A stretch of DNA of 64,000 nucleotides from an uncultured Pseudomonadales bacterium (GCA_964430265.1 CAYSEI010000003.1:1070-65069), one strand, 5' to 3'; shown: positions 1-8,986, counted from the stretch's first letter. The notes: a model not told the origin generated them from the sequence alone. Program-made: numbers and translations.

Positions 1-159
1 GGCCGGGTTTAAATCTTTATTTACAACAATAACACTGTCCACATAAAGAAATATTTTCACTTGGTGTTTTTTGGCAATCGCCGCCTTGCTTAAATAATAT
101 AGTGTATCAATATCCTGATAAGTATAAGGCGGTTTGGTAACCATTAATCCTAACTTCAT
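1..159 (-). CDS. DsrE/TusD-family sulfur relay protein, 5' part (runs off the window; not in the ORF track)
   Basis: Manual translation from ATG 159: MKLGLMVTKPPYTYQDIDTLYYLSKAAIAKKHQVKIFLYVDSVIVVNKDLNPA, matching the DsrE N-terminus (PPY motif, H-x-V-x-IF-x-Y-x-D). Starts 6 nt after the yeeE stop. Confidence 0.75.
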   Translation of the reverse strand, partial: MKLGLMVTKPPYTYQDIDTLYYLSKAAIAKKHQVKIFLYVDSVIVVNKDLNPA

Positions 160-165
160 AGTATA

Positions 166-1197
166 TTAAATTTCATTATTTCTAATAAATAAAAAGTAAG
201 CCATTGTCCAGTTGCCCAGAATTATAAAAATCCCAGCAACAAGACTAGAAACAGCTAGTTGAGGAACACCGCTTAAGATGTGTCCGATATTACAACCATT
301 AGCAATAACCGCACCCAATCCCATTAAAATTCCACCAAATAAAGATTGAACGGCAACTCTGGGTTTTGGATAACGAAACTTAAATTCTCCAGCAATTAAT
401 GAGCCAAAAAAAGCGCCCATTAACAAACCAATTACTTCAAATGATTCCCAAGTCAAAAAATTTTCTCCGTTTAAGATTGATTTTAGAATCGTTTCAAATC
501 CCATAGTAATGCCAAGCGGGTAATTCCTGCCCGAAAGCGCAGAAAAAACAAATGCTAAAATCCCGATCAATCCGATAACAAGTCCAGCTATTTGCCATTT
601 CCAGCCTTTCTTAAAGATAATTTTTATCAAGTTGCTGTGCTTATCTTTTTTATCAGAATTCTTTGTTTTGTTCCTTTTTTTTCCAAACAATAACCAAAAA
701 ATTATAAAGGAAAAAAAGCCGACCCAAATTATTTTCGGTACTCCGGTTATAGAATCTAAAGTTAATGGACCTAAATTAAAGTTTTGAATACCAGCAGTCA
801 ATCCCGATAAAATTCCGTCCTTAGCCAGAAAGGCAGCACCAACAAACCCGAATAAAGCCCACCAAGAACCTATCATTCCTTCCCCGACTCGATAAGCAGT
901 ACCGCTAGCACAACCCCCGGCTATTACCATCCCAAGACCGAAAATATAAGCGCCCAAGGGGACAGCAATCCAATAGAACGACTTTGGATTATATTCTATT
1001 AATCCAAAAGTGTTTAAAAGATAGAACCCAATCAATTCAACCGCAACAGCCAGACCAACAGCTTTAAGCAATGTAAAATCTTTAAACACAAGCGGATCGC
1101 GGAATGCAGAGTTCATACAAAATCGCCCTCGCTGCAAAGCAAATCCGAAAAGAATCCCCACAATTAATCCAGTAATTATAGTCAAAATATCTAACAT
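166..1197 (-). CDS. yeeE: YeeE/YedE (TsuA/SoxT-like) sulfur-compound transporter
   Basis: Hydrophobic 343 aa with QRGRFCM, GMVIAGGCASG and GAVIANGCNIG motifs (three conserved Cys). Confidence 0.9.
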   Translation of the reverse strand: MLDILTIITGLIVGILFGFALQRGRFCMNSAFRDPLVFKDFTLLKAVGLAVAVELIGFYLLNTFGLIEYNPKSFYWIAVPLGAYIFGLGMVIAGGCASGTAYRVGEGMIGSWWALFGFVGAAFLAKDGILSGLTAGIQNFNLGPLTLDSITGVPKIIWVGFFSFIIFWLLFGKKRNKTKNSDKKDKHSNLIKIIFKKGWKWQIAGLVIGLIGILAFVFSALSGRNYPLGITMGFETILKSILNGENFLTWESFEVIGLLMGAFFGSLIAGEFKFRYPKPRVAVQSLFGGILMGLGAVIANGCNIGHILSGVPQLAVSSLVAGIFIILGNWTMAYFLFIRNNEI

Positions 1198-1201
1198 CTT
1201 T

Positions 1202-1459
1202 TTAACTTTTAACTTGAATTATTATACGATGATCCGGACCATCCTTTATCTTTTCCACTTTAAGCACTTTGTGCCCTTCTTTTTCTGAGTTACGAGGAAT
1301 CCTTTCTAAGGATAAGGGATAATCTGTTAAGACTTCTAACACCTCTTCAGGATTCATTTCCTTTAATTTTTTCCTGGTTTTAATATCCGGATATGGACAA
1401 ATCTCACCCCGGACATCAATACTTGCTGTTATTTTAACATCCTTATTTTCCTCTAACAT
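1202..1459 (-). CDS. TusA/YeeD-family sulfurtransferase
   Basis: IDVRGEICPYP motif, 85 aa, adjacent to yeeE. Confidence 0.9.
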   Translation of the reverse strand: MLEENKDVKITASIDVRGEICPYPDIKTRKKLKEMNPEEVLEVLTDYPLSLERIPRNSEKEGHKVLKVEKIKDGPDHRIIIQVKS

Positions 1460-1507
1460 ATAAACTTCCTTTCTCTGTTATAAATTTATTATAAAATAAA
1501 TTTGTAA

Positions 1508-2035
1508 TTACAATTTCGATACTGGATTGATACAGCCGTGTTCAAGACAATTTTCAATCTTAATTTCCATGTCCGCTTTCATACTTTCATTAAAACCAAC
1601 TATCGGATTTAAATCGCCAATAAATGTAGTCGGCACTCCTTGAGCTTGAATACCGTATGCCTCAGCCATTTCCTGAAATAACTGGACATTATCCTTATTC
1701 TTCCAGGTTTCATACATTTTTACTTCTAGATCCGAATATTTTTGTTCCATCTCTTCCAAGAAGGGTTTTTGGACTTCACAATGCGGACAACCGTCTCCCC
1801 AGAAAAAATAAACAACTGTTTTGCCTGAGCCATCAACTTCATCCTCAGTTGACTCAGATTTACCAAGAGTATCTGAGTCAGATTGATCAACTTTTTTTTC
1901 AGTTAACTTAACTGTAGATTGATTCGGATTATCTTGCTGGTGTTTTTCACCAGAAAAAAATAATAAACCAACTCCTAAAATTAGCAAAACTACCAAACCG
2001 GAATATATTACTTTTTTATTCATTTCACTTACCAC
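1508..2035 (-). CDS. Membrane-anchored thioredoxin/glutaredoxin-like protein
   Basis: N-terminal TM helix, polar linker, CPHC motif and cis-Pro loop GVPTT. Confidence 0.8.
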   Translation of the reverse strand: MVSEMNKKVIYSGLVVLLILGVGLLFFSGEKHQQDNPNQSTVKLTEKKVDQSDSDTLGKSESTEDEVDGSGKTVVYFFWGDGCPHCEVQKPFLEEMEQKYSDLEVKMYETWKNKDNVQLFQEMAEAYGIQAQGVPTTFIGDLNPIVGFNESMKADMEIKIENCLEHGCINPVSKL

Positions 2036-2435
2036 CTTTTTGCATGCCTTGGCTGATCCATTCTTCAGCCTGGCTTGAATCTAATAATTCTTCAGTTTCC
2101 TCCGGTTTTTCCAGCTTTACTGTTGCAATCCAGCCTTTTTCATAAGGATCTTTATTAATCACTGTCGGATTATCAAACAGCTCCTCATGCACCTCAATAA
2201 CTTCTCCGGAAACAGGACTGGATAAATGCCCGCTCCACTTCAATGCCTCTAAAGTAACATAAGTATCACCCCTGCTTAACTTTTGTCCTTTTTTTGGCAG
2301 CTTAATAAACACAAATTCTTTCACTTTATCAGCCGCCGGCTTAATTACTCCCAAAGTGGCGGTTTCACCTTCAACTCTTACCCAGCAATAATCTTTGTTA
2401 TAAAGCAAATCATCTGGCAAGTTGTTTTCAGCCAT
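2025..2435 (-). CDS. Glycine-cleavage H-protein-like lipoyl carrier
   Basis: Lipoyl-Lys motif LEALKWSGHLSSPVSGEV, INKDPYEKGWI and N-terminal PDDLLYNKDYCWVR, all GcvH hallmarks. Confidence 0.85.
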   Translation of the reverse strand: MAENNLPDDLLYNKDYCWVRVEGETATLGVIKPAADKVKEFVFIKLPKKGQKLSRGDTYVTLEALKWSGHLSSPVSGEVIEVHEELFDNPTVINKDPYEKGWIATVKLEKPEETEELLDSSQAEEWISQGMQKGGK

Positions 2436-4131
2436 TGTTTTCTCCTTCCTTTTTATCTTTTAAATTATCTTGATCCTTCTCATCTTCTTTTGTACCAATT
2501 TCTATACCGTATTTTGGCAGCACTTTGGTAAAAATAAAGTTTATAATTAATGCCGCAGCAATTGCTCCGCCAAAAACATAAAACATCCCGGAAATTCTAT
2601 TCATCAACTCCGGTTTTACTAACCAAACCCCGGATAAGGTCAGCATAATTATGCCTCCAATTAATTTAAGCATCCGCCCTTGAGTCTCTTCAAACTTACT
2701 TGCTTTAAGCGTAAACACAACCCCGGCAAAAACAACAAACTCATCAATAAAATATATCAACATATATAGGCCAAATAACAACGCGAAAAGGCTTTTTGAT
2801 ACACCTTGTTCAGCAAGTATGCTCGTCCAGATAACCGGGAAGCCAGCCGTACAAATCAACTCAACAAAAGTCACTCCAAAAGCCATAACTATTGTTGCCA
2901 GAATCATCGCAATGATTGATTCCTTTTTCATAATGCCCCTGATGTTTTTAAATATTTGCGGTTTAAATCTGTCAGGAATAGTAAAAGAAATACCCTTTTT
3001 ATACCAAAAATAATCCTTAATATTTACTGCTCCAAAAATAAAGGCAACTGTAGCTACTGCCAATTTAATCCAGTTCATATAACCGATTACCGTAAAGGTG
3101 TTAAAAAGTCCGAGGATAAACAAAGCATATACTAGCGTAGCAATACTAATAAAAGTAAGTCCGACCGCAAAGGTTTTTTTCCTGGAACCGGAATGAACAA
3201 CAATCCCCAATAGAAAAGTAATCACCCACAAAGAACAGGGGTTAAAACCGTCAACAAAGGCAACCAGCAAAGTCATGGCAAAAAGCGGCATATTAGAAAC
3301 ATTGACCTGACCGATTAAAGGAATATTAATTTTATACTCTTCCTCCGCAGTAACATCCCCGCTTTTAGGCAGAGACGGCGTGTAACCCTGTATATTTTTT
3401 GCCGGGCAAACACAATTTTCTTCCTGGCAAAGAACAATTTCACTTTCTAAATGGTCTCTTATTGCTGACTCACCGATAAAATAGCGTTCGCCAATAAAAA
3501 CAATCGGATAAGCACCACCGCCCACACCGTAGTTTTCCTTAAAATCCTCGTATAAACCCGCTTGCTTTTCAACATCATGACGATTGATATTAATATTGTA
3601 TTCTTTTTCTAAATTGCTTAAAAAGCCTTCAATATTTTGGCACTGGTTACAATCTTCCCGGTAAAAAAAGTGCAAACAAACGCTTTCTGCCTGTTCAGCA
3701 TTTTTTTTGTCACTAATACCTCCTGCTTTCTCACCCGGATCAATACAACCGTCTTCCAAACAACTAACAATTTTTTCTTCAATATCATCAGCCATGTTAT
3801 CAGAATAACCAACAATCGGAGCATAATTACCAATAAAAGTTGTTGGCACCCCACGGGCTTGAATGTCATAAGCAGCCGCTATTTTTTGAAATAATTTTTG
3901 ATTTTCCTGGTTATTCCAGGTTTCAAAGCTTTTTACCTCTAGCTCGGGATATTTATCCTCCATTTTTTCAAGAAAAGGTTTTTCCTCGGCACAATGCGGA
4001 CAGCCTTCACCCCAGAAAAAATAGACTGTAGTCGGCTCAGCCGCCCTAGCCACATTAGCTTTTAATACATTTAACCCTAGTATTAAAAAAATTAGACTGA
4101 CAATAAACAAAATTATTTTCTTTATATTCAT
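2428..4131 (-). CDS. Tandem thioredoxin-like domains fused to a CcdA/DsbD-like transmembrane domain
   Basis: CPHC and CNQC motifs in the soluble part; DGFNPCS and ELICTAGFP Cys motifs in the TM part. Confidence 0.8.
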   Translation of the reverse strand: MNIKKIILFIVSLIFLILGLNVLKANVARAAEPTTVYFFWGEGCPHCAEEKPFLEKMEDKYPELEVKSFETWNNQENQKLFQKIAAAYDIQARGVPTTFIGNYAPIVGYSDNMADDIEEKIVSCLEDGCIDPGEKAGGISDKKNAEQAESVCLHFFYREDCNQCQNIEGFLSNLEKEYNININRHDVEKQAGLYEDFKENYGVGGGAYPIVFIGERYFIGESAIRDHLESEIVLCQEENCVCPAKNIQGYTPSLPKSGDVTAEEEYKINIPLIGQVNVSNMPLFAMTLLVAFVDGFNPCSLWVITFLLGIVVHSGSRKKTFAVGLTFISIATLVYALFILGLFNTFTVIGYMNWIKLAVATVAFIFGAVNIKDYFWYKKGISFTIPDRFKPQIFKNIRGIMKKESIIAMILATIVMAFGVTFVELICTAGFPVIWTSILAEQGVSKSLFALLFGLYMLIYFIDEFVVFAGVVFTLKASKFEETQGRMLKLIGGIIMLTLSGVWLVKPELMNRISGMFYVFGGAIAAALIINFIFTKVLPKYGIEIGTKEDEKDQDNLKDKKEGENNG

Positions 4132-4793
4132 TTTATATACTTTCCTTTCATACCTTCTTTTAATAACAAAGCCAACCCTTCTGCATTTTTGTCACACTTA
4201 TCCGGACAATATATAGTCGGTCTTCTTGATAATTTAACTCTTTCACCATTATTCTCAAAAACATGAACAATACTTGCCTTGGTATAGTCGGTATTTTCCC
4301 AAGAAGTAATTACTATCCCTTTATCCAAATACTGATAAACATTATTAACCTGCTCAACATTTTCTATTGCAAAAGCATTTTTAACCGTTTCAATATCTAA
4401 ATCAGTAAAAATAGTGTAATCTTTTAATTGACCGCGGTAAACAATGCTTTCTTTATTGCTTAAAAAAGAATATCCGTCTTCTATTAAAATATACTCCATT
4501 TGCTGTTCAGTCGGTTTTAGTGTTCTCCCGGCCAAAATCATGTCTACTTTTTTGTTTTCTAAAAGAGCTAAACTCTCAGCAGTAGAACCAGTTTTAATAA
4601 TTTCATATTTTTCAGCATCAATTGTTTTAACCATTTCAAAACACGTCGGACAAGCAGCAATCTTTAATTTTTCCTTTTTCACAAACTGGCTGCTGTTAAC
4701 CTGCCCCGGCTTTTTTCCTTTTACAAAACTTAAACCTATTCCAGCAAAAACAGCTATTAAAACAGAGATAACAACTAATTTTTTGTTTATCAT
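4128..4793 (-). CDS. Exported protein with CPTC motif, possible solute-binding-protein fold
   Basis: Signal/TM, then LKIAACPTC...GSTAESLALLENKKVDMILAG, reminiscent of type II periplasmic-binding domains. Confidence 0.45.
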   Translation of the reverse strand: MINKKLVVISVLIAVFAGIGLSFVKGKKPGQVNSSQFVKKEKLKIAACPTCFEMVKTIDAEKYEIIKTGSTAESLALLENKKVDMILAGRTLKPTEQQMEYILIEDGYSFLSNKESIVYRGQLKDYTIFTDLDIETVKNAFAIENVEQVNNVYQYLDKGIVITSWENTDYTKASIVHVFENNGERVKLSRRPTIYCPDKCDKNAEGLALLLKEGMKGKYIK

Positions 4794-4800
4794 TTATATT

Positions 4801-5511
4801 TTAAAAAACCAACCTTAATAAAAACTGAGAATAATAAACACCTGTTACTAGAAAAATTATGGCGACTATTTTCCTGCTTACTTTTTCAATCTTCTGAACA
4901 ACAGCAAATGCCTGCCCTACCTTCTGCATAGAAAAAGCAATTATAAAAGAAAAAATTATTACCGGTAAACCTGTACCTAAAGCAAATATTGGAGGCAGCA
5001 AAAGTGCTTCTGTTGATTTAAGCACCATTGGGATAAGAACACCAAAAAACAATACACCGCTGTAAGGGCAAAATGCCAAAGCAAAAAGACTGCCTAATAA
5101 AAACGAACCCAAATAACCTTTAGTAGACAGTTTGCTTTTTAAATGCTCAATTTTTTTATTTTTAGTTTTTAAATTTAGTTTAATAACATCAAGCATAATT
5201 AAACCCAGAATAATTAAAACCGGCCCCAAAACCTTCTCCCCCCAGCCTTGAAATATTTTGGCTATTTGAAAGGAAGACAAACCAAAATATATTAAAGTTG
5301 CCAGAAGCGTATAGCTTAAACCCCTTCCCAAAGTATAAAAAACTCCGTTTAACAAAGTCTGCTTGGTTGATTTTAACTCTTTGGAAATATATGCAATTGC
5401 CGTAATATTGGTTGCCAAAGGACAAGGGCTGATTGAGGTAAGCACTCCTGTTAAAAAAGCAGTCAAAAGCGGAATGTTATAAGTATCAATCAAGTAGTTA
5501 ATAAACTGCAT
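4801..5511 (-). CDS. ArsG-like / CcdA-family (DsbD_2) membrane protein
   Basis: ISPCPLATNITAI and ALAFCPYSG motifs, about 6 TM helices. Confidence 0.8.
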   Translation of the reverse strand: MQFINYLIDTYNIPLLTAFLTGVLTSISPCPLATNITAIAYISKELKSTKQTLLNGVFYTLGRGLSYTLLATLIYFGLSSFQIAKIFQGWGEKVLGPVLIILGLIMLDVIKLNLKTKNKKIEHLKSKLSTKGYLGSFLLGSLFALAFCPYSGVLFFGVLIPMVLKSTEALLLPPIFALGTGLPVIIFSFIIAFSMQKVGQAFAVVQKIEKVSRKIVAIIFLVTGVYYSQFLLRLVF

Positions 5512-5512
5512 T

Positions 5513-6016
5513 TTATTTTCCCAATAGACTTCTTAATCTTGCTTCAAAATAATCAATAAATTGAGCTTCATTATTAACCAACCGCCACACTTTAACATCT
5601 TCACTAATATTATCTTGACCGTTCCTTATTGCATTAATAAATAAAGAGGATCCCCGGGCACGATATTTAGCAACTATTTCCTGATTCTCTTTTAACTCCC
5701 CATTGATATCTTTATAGATAATCTTGCCTGAAGCATATTCTTCCGGAAATTCTTCCTTAATGGTTTTTAACGCATATTCACCAACAGTTATACACGACCA
5801 GCATTGGTTTGTACCGTGAAAATGCACAATGACTATCTTATCCGCGGGCTGAGGCGTCGGGCTTGGAGAAACATGAGACGCTTTTTTACTTGAATTGCCT
5901 TCCCCTAGCACTTGATTATTACTTTGTGTTGTTCTATTACGGTATATTCCAAATCCAATTATTGCAATTACTACCACGGTAATAATTAAAGTTATTTTTT
6001 TATCCATATTCTCCAA
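5513..6016 (-). CDS. ArsF-like membrane-anchored thioredoxin-fold protein
   Basis: IVIVHFHGTNQCWSC motif; position between arsP and the arsG-like gene. Confidence 0.7.
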   Translation of the reverse strand: MENMDKKITLIITVVVIAIIGFGIYRNRTTQSNNQVLGEGNSSKKASHVSPSPTPQPADKIVIVHFHGTNQCWSCITVGEYALKTIKEEFPEEYASGKIIYKDINGELKENQEIVAKYRARGSSLFINAIRNGQDNISEDVKVWRLVNNEAQFIDYFEARLRSLLGK

Positions 6017-6017
6017 A

Positions 6018-7175
6018 TTAAATTATTAACCCATACATAAATCCGGCAAGGGTTGTTAAAACCGTAATCGAAACTGCATAAACAAATGTCTTTTTTGTGC
6101 CAATAAGCTTACTGATTACCAAAAGCCCCTGAAGAGATAAAACCGGATCAGATAATAAATAAGCCATTAATGGTCCTTTATGCATACCCAATTCCATAAA
6201 ATTCTCTGCAATCGGTACTTCTACTAAAGCAGGAAAATAAGCAATTGCGCCAAACAAAACAGCAACAAAATTAGTTAAAATATTATTATTACTAGCTAAA
6301 GCCTGAAACTGTTTTTCAGGAATTATTTCAGTCAATGCTGAAGCAAAAAATACCCCGATTAAAAGCAAAGGAATAATTTGGGTAACAAATTTTATTGTTT
6401 CATTCCACCAAGCTTGTCTTCTTGAAGAGGAAAGCCAGCCAAAGGTCATTATTACCTGGATTAGAATCAAAGGCAGAACTAATCCATACCTTAAACCACT
6501 ACTAATCGGGGCAGTGCCGACTATTAAGATTGCTATCAATGTGCCCCAAAAAAAGCCTGTTTTCTTGCCTTGCAAGCGGTCCAAATCCTCTTTAATTATT
6601 TGTGTCTCTCCGTCTTCATGTCCATTGCCAAAAACAACCTCCATAATTATTCCGGTTAAAACTGCAAATGCTACTGAAAAAATAAACCGGATCAAGCTAA
6701 AACCCCAACCCAATCTCTGCCCGGTCAGAACTAAAGTAACAAGATTAAACGCCGGCCCGGCATAAAGAAGAGTAACCGCAACTCCCAAACCAGCACCCTT
6801 TTTCCAAATACCGGCAAAAAGGGGTAGAATCGTGCAAGAGCAAACTTGAACAAGAAAACCACTAGTAACAGCAATTACGTAAGCTAAGCCTTTTTTTGTT
6901 TTGCCGGATAAATATTTTAAAACCTGGCTGGAATCAACTAAACTATTAATTGCTCCAGCAATAAAGAAAGCCGGGATTAAACAAAAAAGAACATGTGCGG
7001 AAAGATAATCAACCAGCCCAAGCCAGCCTTGATAAACTGCCTGGCCAATTAACTCCTGAACTGTTTCTTGGGCAAGAAAACCGCCAATCTGATCCTGCCA
7101 CAGATAAATAATCAAATAGGCACCAGACAATAAGCCAATAACCCAGTTTTTTTTAATAATTTTAAATATTTTCAT
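6018..7175 (-). CDS. arsP: ArsP-family permease (DUF318)
   Basis: HVLFCLIPAFFIAGAI, VCSCTILPLFAGI, YAGPAFN and MHKGPLMAYLL motifs. Confidence 0.85.
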   Translation of the reverse strand: MKIFKIIKKNWVIGLLSGAYLIIYLWQDQIGGFLAQETVQELIGQAVYQGWLGLVDYLSAHVLFCLIPAFFIAGAINSLVDSSQVLKYLSGKTKKGLAYVIAVTSGFLVQVCSCTILPLFAGIWKKGAGLGVAVTLLYAGPAFNLVTLVLTGQRLGWGFSLIRFIFSVAFAVLTGIIMEVVFGNGHEDGETQIIKEDLDRLQGKKTGFFWGTLIAILIVGTAPISSGLRYGLVLPLILIQVIMTFGWLSSSRRQAWWNETIKFVTQIIPLLLIGVFFASALTEIIPEKQFQALASNNNILTNFVAVLFGAIAYFPALVEVPIAENFMELGMHKGPLMAYLLSDPVLSLQGLLVISKLIGTKKTFVYAVSITVLTTLAGFMYGLII

Positions 7176-7178
7176 AAT

Positions 7179-7430
7179 TTATTCTTCGTTCTCAGTAATC
7201 AACTTTTTAATTTTTTCAACATCATTAACTAGACCAGTTAAAACCGGCTCATCATCAATAGTTAAAACCGGGCTGGACATTACACCCAATTCCATAATTT
7301 TCTGAATGCCTTCCTGACCGGAAACATATTCAACCTTCTGGTCTATTTGTATTTCTTCAACCGCTTTTTTTGTTAGCTCAAACAGCTTTTTACAAGTAGG
7401 GCATCCCGAACCTAAGATTTGGATTTTCAT
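7179..7430 (-). CDS. Small redox-active disulfide protein (MTH895/ArsE-like thioredoxin)
   Basis: MKIQILGSGCPTCKKL...GVMSSPVL, 83 aa. Confidence 0.85.
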   Translation of the reverse strand: MKIQILGSGCPTCKKLFELTKKAVEEIQIDQKVEYVSGQEGIQKIMELGVMSSPVLTIDDEPVLTGLVNDVEKIKKLITENEE

Positions 7431-7750
7431 TTTTCCTCCTTTAATAAATTAAAAATTAAATCACTAACTTGTTTTCCCTTTGGGGTTAGAAAATAATATT
7501 TGCGTCTTCCTTCACGACGGCTGTCAACCAATTTTTCTTGCTTCAAGTCACTTAAATGATGGGAGGTTAAACTCTGGCTCATGTCAAAATAATCTTTCAT
7601 TTCACAGACACAGCATTCCCCCTGCCTTAAAACACAAATTAATTTTAGCCTGCTTTTCTCACTTAAGAGTTTTAATAAAGCAGAGATATCTTCAATTTTC
7701 TCTGCTTCTTTTTTTTCTGGTTGGCAACATTTATATGAACGCACATTCAT
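7427..7750 (-). CDS. arsR: ArsR/SmtB-family metalloregulator (true start may be GTG at 7744)
   Basis: RLKLI...ECCVCEM...MSQSLTSHHLSDLK...SRREGRRKYY winged helix; extra N-terminal CC. Confidence 0.9.
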   Translation of the reverse strand: MNVRSYKCCQPEKKEAEKIEDISALLKLLSEKSRLKLICVLRQGECCVCEMKDYFDMSQSLTSHHLSDLKQEKLVDSRREGRRKYYFLTPKGKQVSDLIFNLLKEEK

Positions 7751-7753
7751 ATA
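7732..7753. promoter_or_regulatory. ArsR/SmtB-type operator (inverted repeat TATATGAA-N6-TTCATATA)
   Basis: Perfect 8-bp arms with the TGAA-N6-TTCA core of SmtB/CzrA boxes; overlaps the -10 box and arsR start. Confidence 0.75.
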
Positions 7754-7779
7754 TTACAACTTGCTATTTTGTTTGTCAA
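7751..7779 (-). promoter_or_regulatory. Sigma70-type promoter of the ars/sulfur operon
   Basis: TTGACA (7779-7774), 17-nt spacer, TAATAT (7756-7751). The -35 lies within a second palindrome TTGTTTG-T-CAAACAA (7769-7783). Confidence 0.7.
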
Positions 7780-7996
7780 ACAACTGTTTAGGCGTTTTGT
7801 AACTATTTCATTTTTTGCAGAAAACTTTTTTCTAGCGATTGTATATATTTCCTGTACCTATAGAAGTAACAATTAATAAATTAGATTAAATATTTATTAT
7901 TTTAACTATATTTTTTTATAAATTTTTACAAAATAACAACTTATATATATTACTATCTGATTATCTTACGAAAGGAGTCTCGCACTTTTAAATTTC

Positions 7997-8371
7997 CTAC
8001 TTTTGCTTTTCTTTTAAAATATCTTTTAATTCTGCTATTTCCTTTTCTAGATCCTTTAGTTTTTTTGCAACTGAAAGATCGATTTTGTAGTCTTTGATTG
8101 CCCGCTGGCGGTCGCTTTCCTGCTCAATTTTAGTACGGATAAGAATGAGGATTGACAGAATAATTGCTTCCAAAGAAACCCAAAAAGTCAATAAATCATA
8201 ATACAGTCCTATCAACAACCAGAATGCAAAAAAAAGAAGGTGTAAAACCAAAAAAGTCCAGGAACTAAAAAAATTAATTAAATGATTTCCAAATTTTTCT
8301 AAGGGAGTATTTTTTATTTGCTTGCTAAATTCGTCTTCCTTAGGAAGAATTGGTTTTTGTTTGTTATTCAT
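7997..8371 (-). CDS. DUF1003-like small membrane protein
   Basis: SWTFLVLHLLFFAFW...LLTFWVSLEAIILSILILI followed by a coiled-coil tail. Confidence 0.65.
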   Translation of the reverse strand: MNNKQKPILPKEDEFSKQIKNTPLEKFGNHLINFFSSWTFLVLHLLFFAFWLLIGLYYDLLTFWVSLEAIILSILILIRTKIEQESDRQRAIKDYKIDLSVAKKLKDLEKEIAELKDILKEKQK

Positions 8372-8432
8372 TTATATACATTTTAAATTATTCTTTTTTC
8401 TTTTACAAACTCTTGATATAATCATGGTTGTT

Positions 8433-8951
8433 ATGAAAATTATAGATAAAGTAACTACTAAAACAGATGTTTTTTCCCGGACAAATACATACTTAATCGG
8501 ATTGCTTGTACTTTTAATTGTTCCGCCTTTCTTTATAAACAACCAATTCATTACTGGACCCTTAGTAAATGCAATTCTTTTAAGCTCAGCTGTAATTGGC
8601 AGTAATTCTGTGGGAACAATATATGGTATGCTACCCAGTACGATTGCTTTAACCAGCGGGTTACTGCCGCTTCCTTTAGCACCAATGATCCCCTTTATAA
8701 TGTTGGCTAATGCAATTTATGTTCTGACTTTTAAAAGTTTATATAACAAAAATCTCTTTATGGGAATATTTGCTGGCTCTTTGGCAAAATTTATATTTTT
8801 AAATGCTTGTGTTTCTTTTATTTTACCCAATTTATTAAAAGTACAGTTTTTAAGTAAAATAGCAGTAATGATGAGCTGGCCCCAGCTGGTAACAGCAATT
8901 GTTGGCGGTGTTATTGCTTTAGGTATTATTGAAAAATTCCAGCAAAATTAA
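8433..8951 (+). CDS. Small multi-TM protein, ECF S-component-like (start 8424 or 8433)
   Basis: NQFITGPLVNA and MSWPQLVTA motifs, about 5-6 TM. TATAAT at 8417-8422 argues against the 8322 start. Confidence 0.6.
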   Translation: MKIIDKVTTKTDVFSRTNTYLIGLLVLLIVPPFFINNQFITGPLVNAILLSSAVIGSNSVGTIYGMLPSTIALTSGLLPLPLAPMIPFIMLANAIYVLTFKSLYNKNLFMGIFAGSLAKFIFLNACVSFILPNLLKVQFLSKIAVMMSWPQLVTAIVGGVIALGIIEKFQQN

Positions 8952-8986
8952 CCAGTATTATATATTTTTTGCTTTTTTAAATTATT

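Noticed and set aside
7790-7996. Very AT-rich intergenic stretch as a possible origin or ncRNA
   Set aside because: No DnaA-box cluster, iterons or stable structure were recognised.
8322-8423. N-terminal extension of the S-component-like ORF overlapping the divergent DUF1003 gene
   Set aside because: A -10 box at 8417-8422 and downstream ATGs indicate a later start.
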